A stretch of 63,207 nucleotides of DNA, the filler included, from Choristocarpus tenellus KU-1152 (Eukaryota; Protista; Phaeophyceae): assembly GCA_964200185.2 (NCBI GenBank). It is 14 parts of 14 records of this genome, joined end to end, with 100 filler letters (N's around TTAATTAATTAA, not from the genome) between each part and the next. Parts side by side here need not be neighbours in the genome. Positions count along the whole stretch, not along the records: positions 35,754 to 41,283 come from CAXNAD020010508.1; positions 41,384 to 52,433 come from CAXNAD020002542.1; 12 more parts are not named here. One strand, 5' to 3'. The position numbers and the translations under genes were made by a program. Position 1 is the stretch's first letter. The number at the start of each line of letters is the position of its first letter. Positions 39,157 through 52,235 of this stretch are shown piece after piece. The notes below the pieces were generated by a model. That model did no database searches. It was not told where the DNA came from and saw only the letters and a program-made list of their open reading frames with translations.

Positions 39157-41057
39157 ATGCAGAGGTCAACGAGCATTGAACACTTCCGGCCGGATTTTTT
39201 TTCCGCGCATCGACAGGGTTCTGTAACCTCCTCTCTCGTCACCCTGCTGGGCACCGTTTTAGGTGACCTATGTGGAAAATGTCCCTTAACTGACCCCCAT
39301 CCAGACTTCCTGTTGGTATGAACTTTCTGACTTTGTGTGGTTCCTTGTCACCCTACTTCGGATGTGATTTACAGGAGGGGGAGTGCTCTCTATTCCCTTC
39401 GCTTTGCGTCGCAGCGGACTCGTGTTGGGTATCTTCGTCCTGATTATAACTGCCATCGCAACTGACTTCAGGTTGGTACATTTGTATCTGGTGTGTCTGA
39501 GACTCATCTCTTCTGGTTTGAATGCTTAGGATTTGTCTATGATCCACTTCCTCACCGCAGAATGGATATTGAGTACCATGCACCCTCAACAACAGCGACT
39601 CTTCTTGCTTCAATATTTAACACTTACTGTTGATACAAACGTCCCCAAAATTTACGACAGTGTGTTTACCCTTATATCCTGCTCACGTCGATCGGGAGCA
39701 TCAACGTATGAAGCGGTGGCGGACCATGCATTCGGCCGACAGGCGAAGCTACTATGTATGGGACTGGTGAGTCTATTCGCGTTCTCCGCACACCAACACT
39801 TCTTCTCCCACGACTTCATCCCTTCACTCTAATTCTATTGACCAACTCCATTTCCCTACAAATACATTGACAGGTTGTGTGCGTGACCTACCTTCCGTTG
39901 ATAGCGTACACTATTCTGTTGAGAGACCTGCTATCGCCCATAGTGGAGTTGGCCATCGGAGAGGAAATGAGCATGACGGATAAGAATGTCATGGTGACCG
40001 TGTTTGTTGCACTGGTGAGCCCCCTGGATTTTTTTTCGGGATCTGAGCCAATACAGCAAGCAAGCTAGTCATCAACATCGTTACCTTTATTTTGATACGA
40101 GAAAGTTAATAGGAGTGAGAGTCCCCCGACATTGTCTAGGTTTCTAGTTCTCAGGCTGCCTCAGCACATTACACTTGTCCATTAATGACTTCAGGTTCCT
40201 ACCGAGGTGCTGAAGGTGTAAAGGGGGAAAATCAAATCTTGTGGGTAAAAAAAATTCCGTTACGGAATGCCATCAAGTCCAACTATGTCCTGCACGTTCC
40301 ACCCATCCTCAACCGAGTCTCCTAGACTCACTACTTGATTATTCTTGAGATGCCTCACTGCTTTGCTTCACCTCTTCCCTTTCCAGGTGTTTCCTGCATG
40401 CACCATCAAGTCCCTAAATGCCCTTCGCCATCTATCACTGTGCAGCATCTTTGCATCATTCCTGGTGAGGCACAGCGCCGATATCAATCCAATGGATGTA
40501 ATACTTCGACATGCTCTCCCTCTTGAATACCCTCACTCCTGGGTGAACCACCCATCCACCACCACCACCACCACCACTACCATCCCTTGTGGTGTTTGTT
40601 AGGTTTGTTAGTTACTGAGAGGCTTTTTTTTGGTCGGACATAACTCAGCGAACATCTCTCTCCCTCTCCTCTCTCTCTCTCTCTCTTTCAAGTTTGCACC
40701 GTTGAAGTGTCGCTTGTTTTCAACACGGCCCGAAATTGGACTCTTTCCGCCAGCAAAGTCATTCGCAACCGATAATATAATATGTTCACCCAACAACAAG
40801 TCCGCTATCTTCTCTCTCTCCCTTGGCGATACACGAATGTGCCCTTGCAGCTGGCGACGACGGTCACAACTCGGTCCATCCAGTGCGTGGGTTCGGAAGG
40901 CGTGCCGCTCAAGAGCATCAATCTGTGGCCGGAGGACGGGCTCCTGGGCGCTCTGCAAGGCGTTCCCATCTTCGTGTGCGCCTTCGTGTGCCACTTCAAC
41001 GTGCTCCCAGTGCACAGCGAGCTCGCCAAGCCCACGCGGCAACGCCTCCATAAGATG
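39157..41057 (+). CDS. Amino-acid transporter (Aa_trans / AAAP, SLC38-like), 5' six exons, truncated by contig end
   Basis: Exons 39157-39262, 39375-39471, 39661-39766, 39874-40014, 40387-40464 and 40851-41057, all GT-AG and in phase. Product: MQRSTSIEHF...GSVTSSLVTLLGTVLGGGVLSIPFALRRSGLVLG...STYEAVADHAFG...LLRDLLSP...FPACTIKSLNALRHLS...VPIFVCAFVCHFNVLPVHSELAKPTRQR. The GxGVLSxPFA and FxFxCHFNVLP motifs fit this family. Confidence 0.92.
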
Positions 41058-42579
41058 GTAAGGGTACTCGTCCGTCATCGTCTCGCGCGCGTCCCGTGTT
41101 TCTTGCTCTCGTTAATATATAAATATATTTATTTATTTATTTATTTTTGAGCTAGACAACGGTGACCTTTTCTGCACCCCTAGAGTGAAATGCTGTAGGC
41201 TGTGAGCTGGTGTGGATACACGGAAACTATTGGAGGTACCCTGCCCTCTCCCCCCCCCCCTCCTCCTCCTCCTCCTCCTCCCCNNNNNNNNNNNNNNNNN
41301 NNNNNNNNNNNNNNNNNNNNNNNNNNNTTAATTAATTAANNNNNNNNNNNNNNNNNNNNNNNNNNNNNNNNNNNNNNNNNNNNGGGGGGGGGGGGGTCCC
41401 ATGGAGAAGATGAGACCCTACCTTTTTATGTCGGATGAGACTGGGAAACTCTCCTCGACCATTTCGAAAATTGTTGAACTTTGGAATGATTAAAGTACTA
41501 TTTTCAACTCTTCACTTCCTTTTCTAAGTAACATCAAGTGAAGAAGGAATTATTAGGATAGTAACAAAAATACTAAACATTTTTACAACATAGGGTGTTA
41601 AATGGTGTCACAGAAGTGTCATGTTTAGTGCAATTATGCAGTCAGAAGTAAATGGTACTCTCTATCGTGGAAATGTGACAAAGGCTCATTGTAATGGGGG
41701 GCAATGAGAACCTCCGAGGATAAGGTTCAGGAAGGAAGTGAGAGATGGGGCGGAGCCATCCTTGGCATGTGTTGAGAGCCTCAGAGAGTAGCATGTTGAT
41801 CAATCTTCACTGTGATTGAATGACACCAATCAGAATAAAATACAATGCTGGGCTTTAGTGGTTAGAATCTATTGTTCATGTCAGGGTTACCACAAGCTGG
41901 TCATGTGTTGGACCCACACCACATCACCTTGACTAGCCTCAGTGGCTAAAGCTTGTATTTGCAAATTCATATGACTGCACACATCATCTATGTAGGTATG
42001 TGGAATCCCAACAGGGGACTACTCCATGACATTACCCCACCCCCAGAGTGGATTCTATCCAACACGAACACAAAATAAAACATCGATTCATGTTGGACAG
42101 GTCCTTGAGAGGAAAACTCCTGGTTATTGAAACAACCAACAGAAATAGGTGGGATGCTAGTGGTGATCATCCCTAGGTCACACTCTGGTCAAAGATAGGA
42201 AAACCTGTGTGAAAGGGTGGAAAGCATAATGAGAAAAATTGAATGGGCAAACCTGTCTCCTAACTTGCCTCCAGGAATCTGCCTGGATAATCAAGTAATC
42301 CATTAGAATGCTGCAGGGATGGTGTCAAGAGCGATCAAAATACTCATCATCTCTCACTGTCACCAGGTACATTCGTTACCAACTAAGGTCCTTGGAAAAT
42401 CAGAATCAATTAAACTCATGAATATCTTGTTGTATGCACATTTGTAAACATTTCTAAAATATGCCTTCTGTAGTGAATTTTATGCATGCTCTTTTATAGT
42501 TCGAGCTAACCTGCGTGTATTTCTCCAGATTAGAGTACATTTACAAGCCTAAGTTTTCTGATAGATAAGGTTCAAGTAT

Positions 42580-42842
42580 GAGTGAAAGTATCTTAGAGGG
42601 TAAGAGTTTTGCCCTGTTTGTCCATTTGGGGCTTGGCTTCCCATGGGGTTTTTGTGATATTTTACCTACTCCTAAATGTTTCGGAGTAGTTAAAATGTGT
42701 ATGTTATGAAATGGTGTGTCCGGAACAAGGATACTGACACTTCCTAACAAATACGACGGATAAAATTATGTGGAAATCGCAACATTGGATTTCGGCCCCC
42801 GAATGGACGCAGCCCTACCCTAACCCTAAGATACTTTAGCTC
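42580..42842 (-). mobile_element. MITE family A, full copy
   Basis: Same TIRs; TSD GTAT (42576-42579, 42843-42846); AACC insertion in one TIR. Confidence 0.9.
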
Positions 42843-43099
42843 GTATCACCTTGACTGTGCCGAGGTTTATTATTCCAGAATTTACCGACATCGCTTCCAC
42901 TATCTTAGAAATCAAAAAGAAATATCTTCCCTATCTGTGGACTCAACAGCAACCCACTAGCATGGAAGAATTAATTGCACTCTCTGGTTCACAAGAAGGG
43001 TTATCACAAACATTAGAGGAGGCAAAGTTGTTTGCAAAGTTGTTTGTGGGAGGACATCCACTTGGCGGTAAATCAACTTCTTAGGCTGTTTTAGGGGCA

Positions 43100-45018
43100 G
43101 GGGCCTTTCTTTTATGGCTAGTCACTTTGTTAGTGGCTTTTATAACAGGGATATCAAACTTGATCTCTTCCCTTTAGGCTACGATCATTCTGCACATTCA
43201 GATATTTCAGCAGGTTTACACCACACATCATCGGCTGGTGAATATCCTTCAAGGTGAAGTGGTACATACAATTGCAAGTGGTTTTCCTCCCAACACCTTA
43301 TGGTCAAGAATGCCTTCCACAGTGTATGACCCAATAATTGACTCTGTCTTTGACACCTGATCAAGATCTGTTTGGGAAATACCTATCAAAAGACAAGTGA
43401 AATACAGGCACCTATGTCAGGTTCAGTGGCTCCACATTCCTCACAGGGTTTGAGTAAGGCCACATTACCACATTGATTGTCATCTCCCACCGGTCTTCAA
43501 AATGCTATGCAAGGTTTGCAGCAGGTGTTTTATATGCCGTCACCTCATGAGGTCCTCTACATGGGAATATTAACTTGGGGTTTGGTGCATCAACTGAAGT
43601 ATGTGGTTTGTACAGCCACGCTTTATCCCCTGGCTCATAGTTTGGGAGTTTATGGTATATTTCAAACCTGCCTTGTAGATAAACACTCTTCCATGGGTGT
43701 TTATGATGGTATCTGAGAGGGTATGTGTATGCGATACAGGGCAGATATGACCTCATACAAAAAATTGCAGGTAACTTGACTCCTTACTTTGGTAAATTGA
43801 CAATTCTGATCAAACATCCTCCATCTTCTGTCCAAATAGTGTGGGTTCAACTAACCATAGTATGATGCCAGTGGAGAGGTATGTCCTCAACTTGCTGTAG
43901 ATCTATGCCAGTTCTTATCGTGGGTTCCACAACATCGTCAATAGTCATTCCTCGGAAGGTCTGGGAACAAACCGGAACGACCGTTTCCATGCCAGGGAGA
44001 AGGTACATCTTTTCCACTGTATGCACAGGTGTGGTGAACTTAGCTCTGATCAATGAAATTGAAACATGAGTTGACGTATTGATCTTTGATGGATTATCAG
44101 TCTGACAATCATGTGCTTTACGCGTAAGTGAAGGTTGAACCAATTATTGAAATCTGGAAACAGGGGAATAGGACAAATCCTATACTCCAGAACTCATGGG
44201 TGTAAGCCCTTGTGAGAAAAAAAATCATGATCAAGCGATCAAGCGATCAAGTACATAGCCCCAAGGAATCTGTTCGGGGTACGGTGGGTCAATATAATCA
44301 TCTCACCCGTTACTGTTGTATCCTGGCAAGGGTTGCAGCAGAGAGGCTGACCTCCACACTCTCCCACTCCCAAACTGCGTCAGACTTCTTAAGCCACAGC
44401 TCGGACTTGAAGGGACATGTTGTCGTGGATATCGAACCTCCTGTCCTCCTTGCGCTCGTCATCTTAGACCAACACTTGATGGCGGTTCTGGTCTGGGATA
44501 CGTTGAAGGCTGTCCCCCAGCCATTGCGACACCACTCTCATGTTCAAGTGAACCGCTAAGGAACGTTTGCTCTTTATTCGGGGCTCAAGATCTGTAAGCT
44601 TTAGGATATTCGATTATCCTCCCTCTCAATACGTACGTTTCCCTGATGGTGCTTTATTTCTCCAAGTATTGTCGTCTTCCTAATCGTGGTAAACAACTTT
44701 GAGCTGGTTGCGCTTCCTTCTTGTCCGCCATCTTGATGTGGCCCTACATCTCTGGTCCCCCCCCAACACAGATCAGCGTGAGTACTTGTGTTATGCTGCC
44801 TAGTTCTTTGTGATGGGGGGTGATGAGAACCACCAAAGGGAAGGTTCAGGAAGAAAGCGAGAGACGGGGTTGAGTTGTCGCGGGCGTTTGTTGAGAGCCT
44901 CACAATAACAAGTTGGCCAATCTCCACTACTGTGTGTGATTGGTTGCCACTAGTCATAACAGAGTACACAATGCTGGGGTCTACTGGTTTGAATCCACTG
45001 TTCATGTTGGGGTTACCT
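43100..45018 (-). mobile_element. Degenerate chromodomain-bearing Gypsy relic with an adjacent gag/5' segment
   Basis: 43330-43190 reads SYTVEGILDHKV...LEGYSPADDVWCKPAEI (chromodomain). 43650-43540 reads YEPGDKAWLYKP...KLIFPCRGPHEV (GPY/F motif). 44601-44790 is homologous to 57068-57255, and 44822-45018 to 41700-41891. Confidence 0.7.
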
Positions 45019-45072
45019 CGAGTTGATGCTGTCTATGGTCCCTACCCCATCCATCACTTTCAGTAATATCAG

Positions 45073-45190
45073 AATATTCATCAATATTCATCAATATTCA
45101 TCAATATTCATCAATATTCATCAATATCCATCAATATCCATCAATATCCATCAATATCCATCAATATCCATCAATATCCATCAATATTCA
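45073..45190. repeat. 10-bp tandem repeat (TCAATATYCA) x ~11
   Basis: Read directly; a block of T-variants is followed by a block of C-variants. Confidence 0.95.
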
Positions 45191-45699
45191 GTAATAATGT
45201 CAGAACATGCCGCGCGCGAATGGATATGGCAGCACGTATCATCCACACAATTGTGTAAGCGACCCCAAAAAAGGAACCTATCCCTGACAATCCTATGAAC
45301 AATTCATGAGTTGACCCATCCACGAGTCAACACCCAGACGACATACCGAGATGTGAGAGGCGTGAGAATGGAGTATGTGTGGCGTTGTCAAAGGAGGGAG
45401 AGAGATCAAATCCCAGTGACGTCAGATAGTTGGTGTGTACCTATTTTTTTGTTGTTGTATGATATCTATACCCCACGCATCTCGCAACTGACAGTATCGA
45501 AACCCTGCTGTTCTTTTTCTGCTCTCTGTGAGTGAGCCTTTACCTGTGACTCTCCGTGTTGCACTTTGGGCATTTAGCATAAACAACAACTGCACGACCA
45601 AAGAAATTCTTTGTAGAAGAGATACAGATTTTTTCTTTTTTGTACTGGTATTTATCATCCACAATTTCCAACTGCGTGCATCGGATTTCGAAACTGGAA

Positions 45700-48600
45700 T
45701 ACACTGAATACATCCTGTCATACCAAGAAGGATGCCCCTCTTGTGAAGACCAGGTCTGAGACAGTGCCGGGCAACTGCATAAAAACGCGTACTCTTTCTT
45801 GATCACAGGTTCAATTCCACACGTAGGGGATGATGAGGAGTTGATGTTTGGGGATTTAACAGATGGAAAGTGGAAACAGGGTGGACACGGAAGAAGCACT
45901 ACTGGCAAATAGATGTGTTTGCAAGACAATACTGAGAAGTTTAGTATCATGGTCAAACGTTGGCATACAAGGGAAATATCAACACAACAAGTGATATTGC
46001 AGGTTCATAAAGAGTGCCTGGGACTTGGTTGCCTCTCTTCCCAACATCAAGTTTTCTCTTTCCATTTCTACATTTTTATCTTCCTTCATAATATGAATTC
46101 TGAATATTGTGTTGTTACTCCTCCATCGATTACTTTTGACTATTGACGATGGATTTGGGTCCCCTCATACTACTGCAAATTAAAAAATATATTAGAACGA
46201 TATTGAGTAAAAGTAAGCGAGAGGCACCCAAAGTTGCATAACAGCAAATATTTCCAAAATTCAGCTATTTTATACAAAAATGTGAAGGATATTATCTAAA
46301 ATTGTCGAAATCTTTCAAACAATAGGCAAATAAACCCCCTCAAGTCAAACTTAGCACTTCATCCATAGAAATATGGGTGAATTGCAAAGGTCGAAACTGG
46401 CTTCAAATGTAAAACAGGCAAAAACTGGGTACCTCTTTTTTACTTTGACTTACTATTGTTTGAACACATAAAGTCCAAGACCTTGATCAGTTTTATGAGA
46501 CTGAAGATCAGGAGAGGTAGGGTAGAGCTCATTAGAGCCAGTACAATATGGAGGCATTGGAGCGCATAGCATTGATGCACACAGTAATTTATGTTGAGCT
46601 CTTAAACCATCAGGAACTTTTGGGACCCAGACTACATTGAGAAAGGCAACATATGTAGTCGCATTGCAGCCTGACTGACACTCATGCCAATTGTCTCTCT
46701 CATGTTCAAACATGTTATTGTTATTGATACAAAGATACATTGATAGAACACATGTTCTCTGCCCTCTTAATATTGGCACATTCATGGAGTGATAACATCT
46801 GCCAAAACGGATGGAGTCTTGGCAGGAGCCTTTCCATGCAATATCATTTTGACATCTAAGTATATTTTTTTATGTGGAAAGTCTCACACTGATAAACGAA
46901 GGAAAAACGTATCCTAGCTTGGTCACCATCTGTCATATGCACTGCATCAATTGGAGGGATGACCCTTTCCCAGTTGAGCACTTGTTACCTATCATATGTT
47001 TCACCAGTGCCAGACCTCATCCTTGCAAATGCTGAACCACGCCCCACAGTTTCGCATATCAATGTTGAAGTCTTCTGAACCAGTCCTGAAGTTTATGCAG
47101 GACAGTGTAAAGCATTTTGATAGATCCCTCATGTACAACATACAGGCACAGGAAATACTGAAAAACAGGGCGATTTAGAGACAAGGGATTAACTGAGTTA
47201 CATTGTGAGATATTCTCTCTGAGATGAGGTGATTTAAAGGTTCTCTTCACTATTTAGTGCTTTAAAACCTCCTCCCTGACACCCCATTCCCATGCATGAA
47301 ATGCAGCTAGCCCATGTTAAGGAGGCTTTGACTGTAGAAGACAAACACTTATTCACAAGGGCATGAAATTTCCTTTTAGATATCTGAAATGCACACTCCA
47401 GAACGAAGCCACAGGGCCCCCCAAATAGTAAACGGCACCCCGCTCTAAGATGGCATAGCTCTTGTTCCAATGTAAGTTCAATTAATCTTCCAGATTGTGA
47501 GCATTTTTTTTACTGCAATATTGTATTGAACAAAACATAAATGGATTTACAGTGTTTCTCTGTTGTAATCTCTCCAAGGGTACTGGAAAATATCTAAGAC
47601 ACAAATGCACTGACCACGAGACAATCCCATGAAGCACAGAAGCACATTGTGTGCTAGGTCCAGCATTCTGTCCACTGTTGTGGTGAATGGATCTTTCCCG
47701 AGCAGAATATTATCACTTTCACTGCCAATATAAAGTGAAAAGTGACTGTCCTCACTCCCTGACAACATGCATGCACAGAAGTGCAAGATAAGCAACAATG
47801 CAAGGGGTGATTAGACCTTGATGATGATTTAGAGATAGAGCTTTTGCTCCAGTGCTACGAAAAGTTGAGTTTTTTGGATGTTAGTTAATGGAAAATTGGG
47901 CAATTGCCACCAAGAAAATGCTCAGTAAGCAGGACAGTATGGCAGAGCAAGGTGGTCACATTTTCATCAGGTGTTCTCCTACAACCTTACCATCCGGCTG
48001 ACCAAGCTAAAATAACATTTGGATGCGGTTCTGGTGTCACGTGGTAGTACCAGGTAAGTTGTGTCTGTGTGAAAAAAACAACCTTGAAATAAAATAGGGC
48101 TAGATCGATGTTATCTAACGCTTGGCAAGACATTTCTGGGCTACAATATGATTTGCAATCATTTACCTATGACAGATTTTAGGATAGGTTGCTCATCCTT
48201 ATCCATATCCCCAATTTCCCACACCTGTGTCACTCTCAAGGAGTGCAGCCTCCATGCTGTCAGCTGTCTGATGAGAATCTTTGATGCGGAGTGCACTTGG
48301 CAGAGGATACCACTGTACTTCTGGTCAGGAACAACAAATGCAAGCAAGATCACATTAAGTGTCTGATATGTGAGGAGATAATACGTCCAAGATAGCTGAT
48401 CGACTTACTGTGTGTGTTGACATTCATATAATAATGTAATGCACATACAATGTACGTAAGTACGAGTTAGGAGTTGGGTTATCTGTCACGTCGTCAGGTT
48501 AAACCATCATGTCTTCAACTGGGTTTTCCTGCTTAGCATGCTGCAGGTGAGCATTGAGATTTGATTGTTGAACAAGCTGTCAGTGGCACGTCTAGCAACC

Positions 48601-49150
48601 AACACGGCGGTTCACCTAACCTGCGCGCAGTTTCTCCTTTGCTTGAAGTTTGGCCACTTCTTTTGCAAGGGCTGCCTTTCCTTCTTGTGTGCACATTAAT
48701 GACTGGAATTGTCTTTCCATATTAGGATTCCATATTTCGCCCGTTGATGTGAAGTCGGAGGATGTAGTGGTAGATGAGCTATCAGTGGTACCTTCATTGC
48801 TCGGGCCGTGGAACCGGAGATAGTAGTGAGTTTGATATTTCTCCATTGAATAAAGCACGGTTCTGAAAGGGGGGAAAATACCATAATCGTGCAGCCCCTT
48901 TCAGGGCTCAAGACTTTCACACCTGATGAAGATTCTGAATCTGTGGTATAACTTGATTCCGACCCGTCCGTAGTACGGGTCATTGCTGTCCCGGATCGAG
49001 TTGCGGATCGCCCACTGTCATACGAGCACGATTCAGTCGTACTGCTAGCGCTAGAGACTCCTCCCTCAATATTCCCGTGAGCTGGGCTTCGACCAAACTC
49101 GTTTCCTGTGCCTGTATCGAGAATGTGAGCATCTTGTTCTTCTGCCCACA
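45700..49150 (-). pseudogene. Degenerate Mutator-like (MULE/SWIM) transposase relic
   Basis: Fragments AVHMTDGDQA (~46945-46915), YVAFLNVVWVPKVP..LRA (~46650) and FLCSCP (~45780, degenerate SWIM) occur in the expected order, with many stops. The upstream extent is uncertain. Confidence 0.4.
46205..46451 (+). mobile_element. MITE family C copy
   Basis: GAGTAAAAGTAAGCGAGAGGCAC...TACCTCTTTTTTACTTTGACTT; internal CATCCATAGAAATATGGGTGAA. Confidence 0.7.
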
Positions 49151-50191
49151 CGGACTCTCTGGTGATGTTGTTGCTGGCAACGCGACAAACGCCAGTTTAT
49201 CCAGCGTTAGAGCTCGATCTATTGGATTCGCTTTGAAAAAGTGGATAATGTAGCTGCAACAGGGTGTACTACTTCAATCACTTGGAACCAAGTAACACCA
49301 TATTCCATGGATGTTGAAATTTCGTTTGTGATCGAGGTGAATCGCCGAGTGTACAACGTACTAGTAGTATGGTCGACCATTGGATGCTTCGAAGAGTTGC
49401 CACCCTAAGCCAGATTGTGATTGTATATTAGGATATGGCTGAGGAGGCTCTCTTCCCCTACGCCTCATACGACTTTCACGAGGTGAACCATGTGCGATCA
49501 TTTCCCTCGCACAGTCGTAGCGTTTCCAGATGAAAAGATTTACATCCCTCGATCAATATACCTACTAATACACATGTAACTGTCGTAACTACTTCACATA
49601 ACATAATCTATGGCGGGGAAATTGAAGATATGACAATACAATTATTGTATATTATGCTTCTGTGAAACAGGTGGGAACAAGTCGACAGGTTCTTCGAATG
49701 AAGGGGAGCGGGAAGACCCACAGGAGGAAAGGTCAAAGAGAGACAAAGCCAAAGAGGAAAAGTAATACCTCAGAAGATCACTCAGGAAAAGAGTGAACAA
49801 GTGGAAAAAGTGAAGGAGGGGGGGGGATTTGGAAGGGCACTCCAAACCACCCAAACTTACTTCAAGCAGATGTTACCTTCAACATGCAAAAGCAAATGTC
49901 ACATGAGTATCATGATGTTCAAGATAGGTCACCTTCAGGGTACACGTTATAACAGTGGATCGAGATAATGGCGGATGGGTTATTTCATGGAGGATGGATT
50001 TTTCCCAAAATGGTGCTCGGAAAGTGCCCTTTTTGAATGGGAATCCATGCCGAAGGTGGTAGTAGGACATACTTAATTGGTGATAATTAATGATTTCCAA
50101 TGTTCCGAAACCAAAAGGTAAAAAACAAAATGACACCCTCCAATTTTTTTAGATACAAAATCTGAAATTGTTGGACATTTGTATTCTTAAA

Positions 50192-50301
50192 GAGTGAAAC
50201 TATCTTAGAGGGTACACGATAGCCAAAATTACATCAAAATCACAACATTGTACTTTGACCACCAAATGGACGCGGCTCTACCCTCTAAGATACTTTGGCT
50301 C
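50192..50301 (-). mobile_element. MITE family A, internally deleted 110-bp copy
   Basis: Both TIRs are retained; TSD TAAA on both sides. Confidence 0.85.
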
Positions 50302-50946
50302 TAAAAATACTAGAGACGACAAAAAGCGGTTCTTGACAATTGTGTTAAATCAAAAAAGGAATATCGAACAGCATACTATATTTACCGTAATCGTATGATT
50401 TTGACACCAGAAGAGCCCATCTTCACCTGGAGAACATGGACGTTTTCTCTCCCCATTCTCTTTCCATTATTTCCTGCTTATGCGATGTTGTCACCTGCTG
50501 GCTAAGGCTCACTTATGGGGTCCCAGGCCTCTGAACCAGACAATCCATGCCAAGTCAAATGAGGTATTCTGAAGGCGCAGGCCTCCTGTGAGACTTAAAT
50601 GTCTTTATACCCTGTCCAATTTGGTGCACTTCATGCCATTCTCGATCGAATATATCAGGTGGTAAGCAATACTCATCCTGAAGAACCTCTCCACAAATTC
50701 TCTGGACGACCCCCCTTCATCCTTAAGACTGACAGGAATGTTGACTCGCATTCCAGGCAACATGTAGTCACAATGGCCTCGTACATAGTGCTTCGCCCGC
50801 CCCCATACTATCTCTATCAGGATCAATTCTCAGTGATACTTTGGAAGCATCAAGCAGTGTCGTACAAGACGCTCAACCAGAATCGTGTCCTGTGATTGGC
50901 TTAAACAGTGTTAAGCTGAGGTTAGCCCAAGTACCGTTTTGGCGTT

Positions 50947-51256
50947 GACCAATCTTGATTTTTTTTAAAGGTTGAACAACGAGTTAATCAATGATCAGCA
51001 TATCAAATGAAAGCTCTGGATCTAAGCTATCACTGGTCCAAAGAAATTCTTTCGAAAAAATATGTCTAGTTGTGATAATTCATTCCAGAACATTTCCAAG
51101 GTTCTGCCGAAACCATTCTGCTAAAATTTAACCTTACTAAAAAAATTCCGAAAAAACTCCTTTGCACCAGTGATAGCTTGGATCCAGGCTTTCATTTGAT
51201 ATGCTCATCGCTGTTTAACTCGTTGGCCAACCCTATTAAAAAAATCAAGACTGGTC
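50947..51256. mobile_element. MITE/foldback element with ~105-bp imperfect TIRs
   Basis: GACCAATCTTGATTTTTTT...GAGTTAA...GCATATCAAATGAAAGC..GGATCTAAGCTATCACTGGT is mirrored by ACCAGTGATAGCTTGGATCC..GCTTTCATTTGATATGC...TTAACTC...AAAAAAATCAAGACTGGTC. Confidence 0.8.
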
Positions 51257-52047
51257 TCATCGTAGGGGCGACTGCCAACACTATATAGTGGTACCACGAG
51301 TTTCGCCCTCTGGGGATTTCCCGTCATAACTTTTGATGTAGGCATCGGATTAAAAAATTAAAAGCATATTGGTGATGCCCATCACAAGGCCCTCCAGCAG
51401 AGCACGAGCTTCGCTTTTATTATAATTTTTTCTTTTTTTGAAGAAAGAGCAGAGATTAGGCCATGCAGTAGTAGTGCTTGTGCATTGTATAATATGCCAT
51501 ATAGATAGGAACCACAACCACATAGACAGGAAAGGTAGAGCCAGGCCAGTTATGTTTTTCCTTTTACATCCAATTTAGTTCTACACACAGACAGACTACT
51601 GTAAAGACTTAGTATTGGATTATCCGTTCATTTATCACATGGCACTTGTGATTAAGTGATGGTGTTCTTTTCCAGTTATCCATGTGTGGACATTTCTATT
51701 CCGCATAGTAGACCCATCTTAAGCACTTCAGTCAACGGAACCACATAGCCTTTGTATCAATTCTAGTGATAATTATGTATGTTAACACAAACTAACATAT
51801 TGTCCTCTGCTAACTAACCACTGGTCCAGAGTGGGATACTTCAACAGATGGTGGAAGTCATAATATTATTTCTGGTGGCATGTATGTGTGCAAGCCTTGG
51901 TAGGTTGACAGTTGTCGGTAATGGTTGAAAGCAGTGGTAAGCTCTCTTGCGTGTGTGTGATGGGTTTTAAGTTGATCGTCCTCAATCAGGAAGCAATGTC
52001 AGAGAGTGAGGAGATCAATTAAGTATGTTGGTGAGAAGATGAATTCA

Positions 52048-52235
52048 GAACCAAAGTATCTGGGGGGGGGGGGGGGGGCGCGGGGTCTGCACCAGGGTGT
52101 CCATTTGGACCATAACCAGGAAAAGTGCACTTACATTATCCATCCGACATATGCAACCAAATATAAAAAAATAAGGACATAACAAAATTAGCCCCAAATG
52201 GACAGCCGCCACCCCCCCTCTAGATACTTTGAGCC
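52048..52235 (-). mobile_element. MITE family B, full copy
   Basis: GAACCAAAGTATCTGGGG...TAGATACTTTGAGCC; the internal sequence is the reverse complement of 9441-9624. Confidence 0.82.

Noticed and set aside
40608-41078. 156-aa minus-strand ORF and 143-aa alternative-frame ORF
   Set aside because: They are shadows of the GC-rich transporter exon 6.
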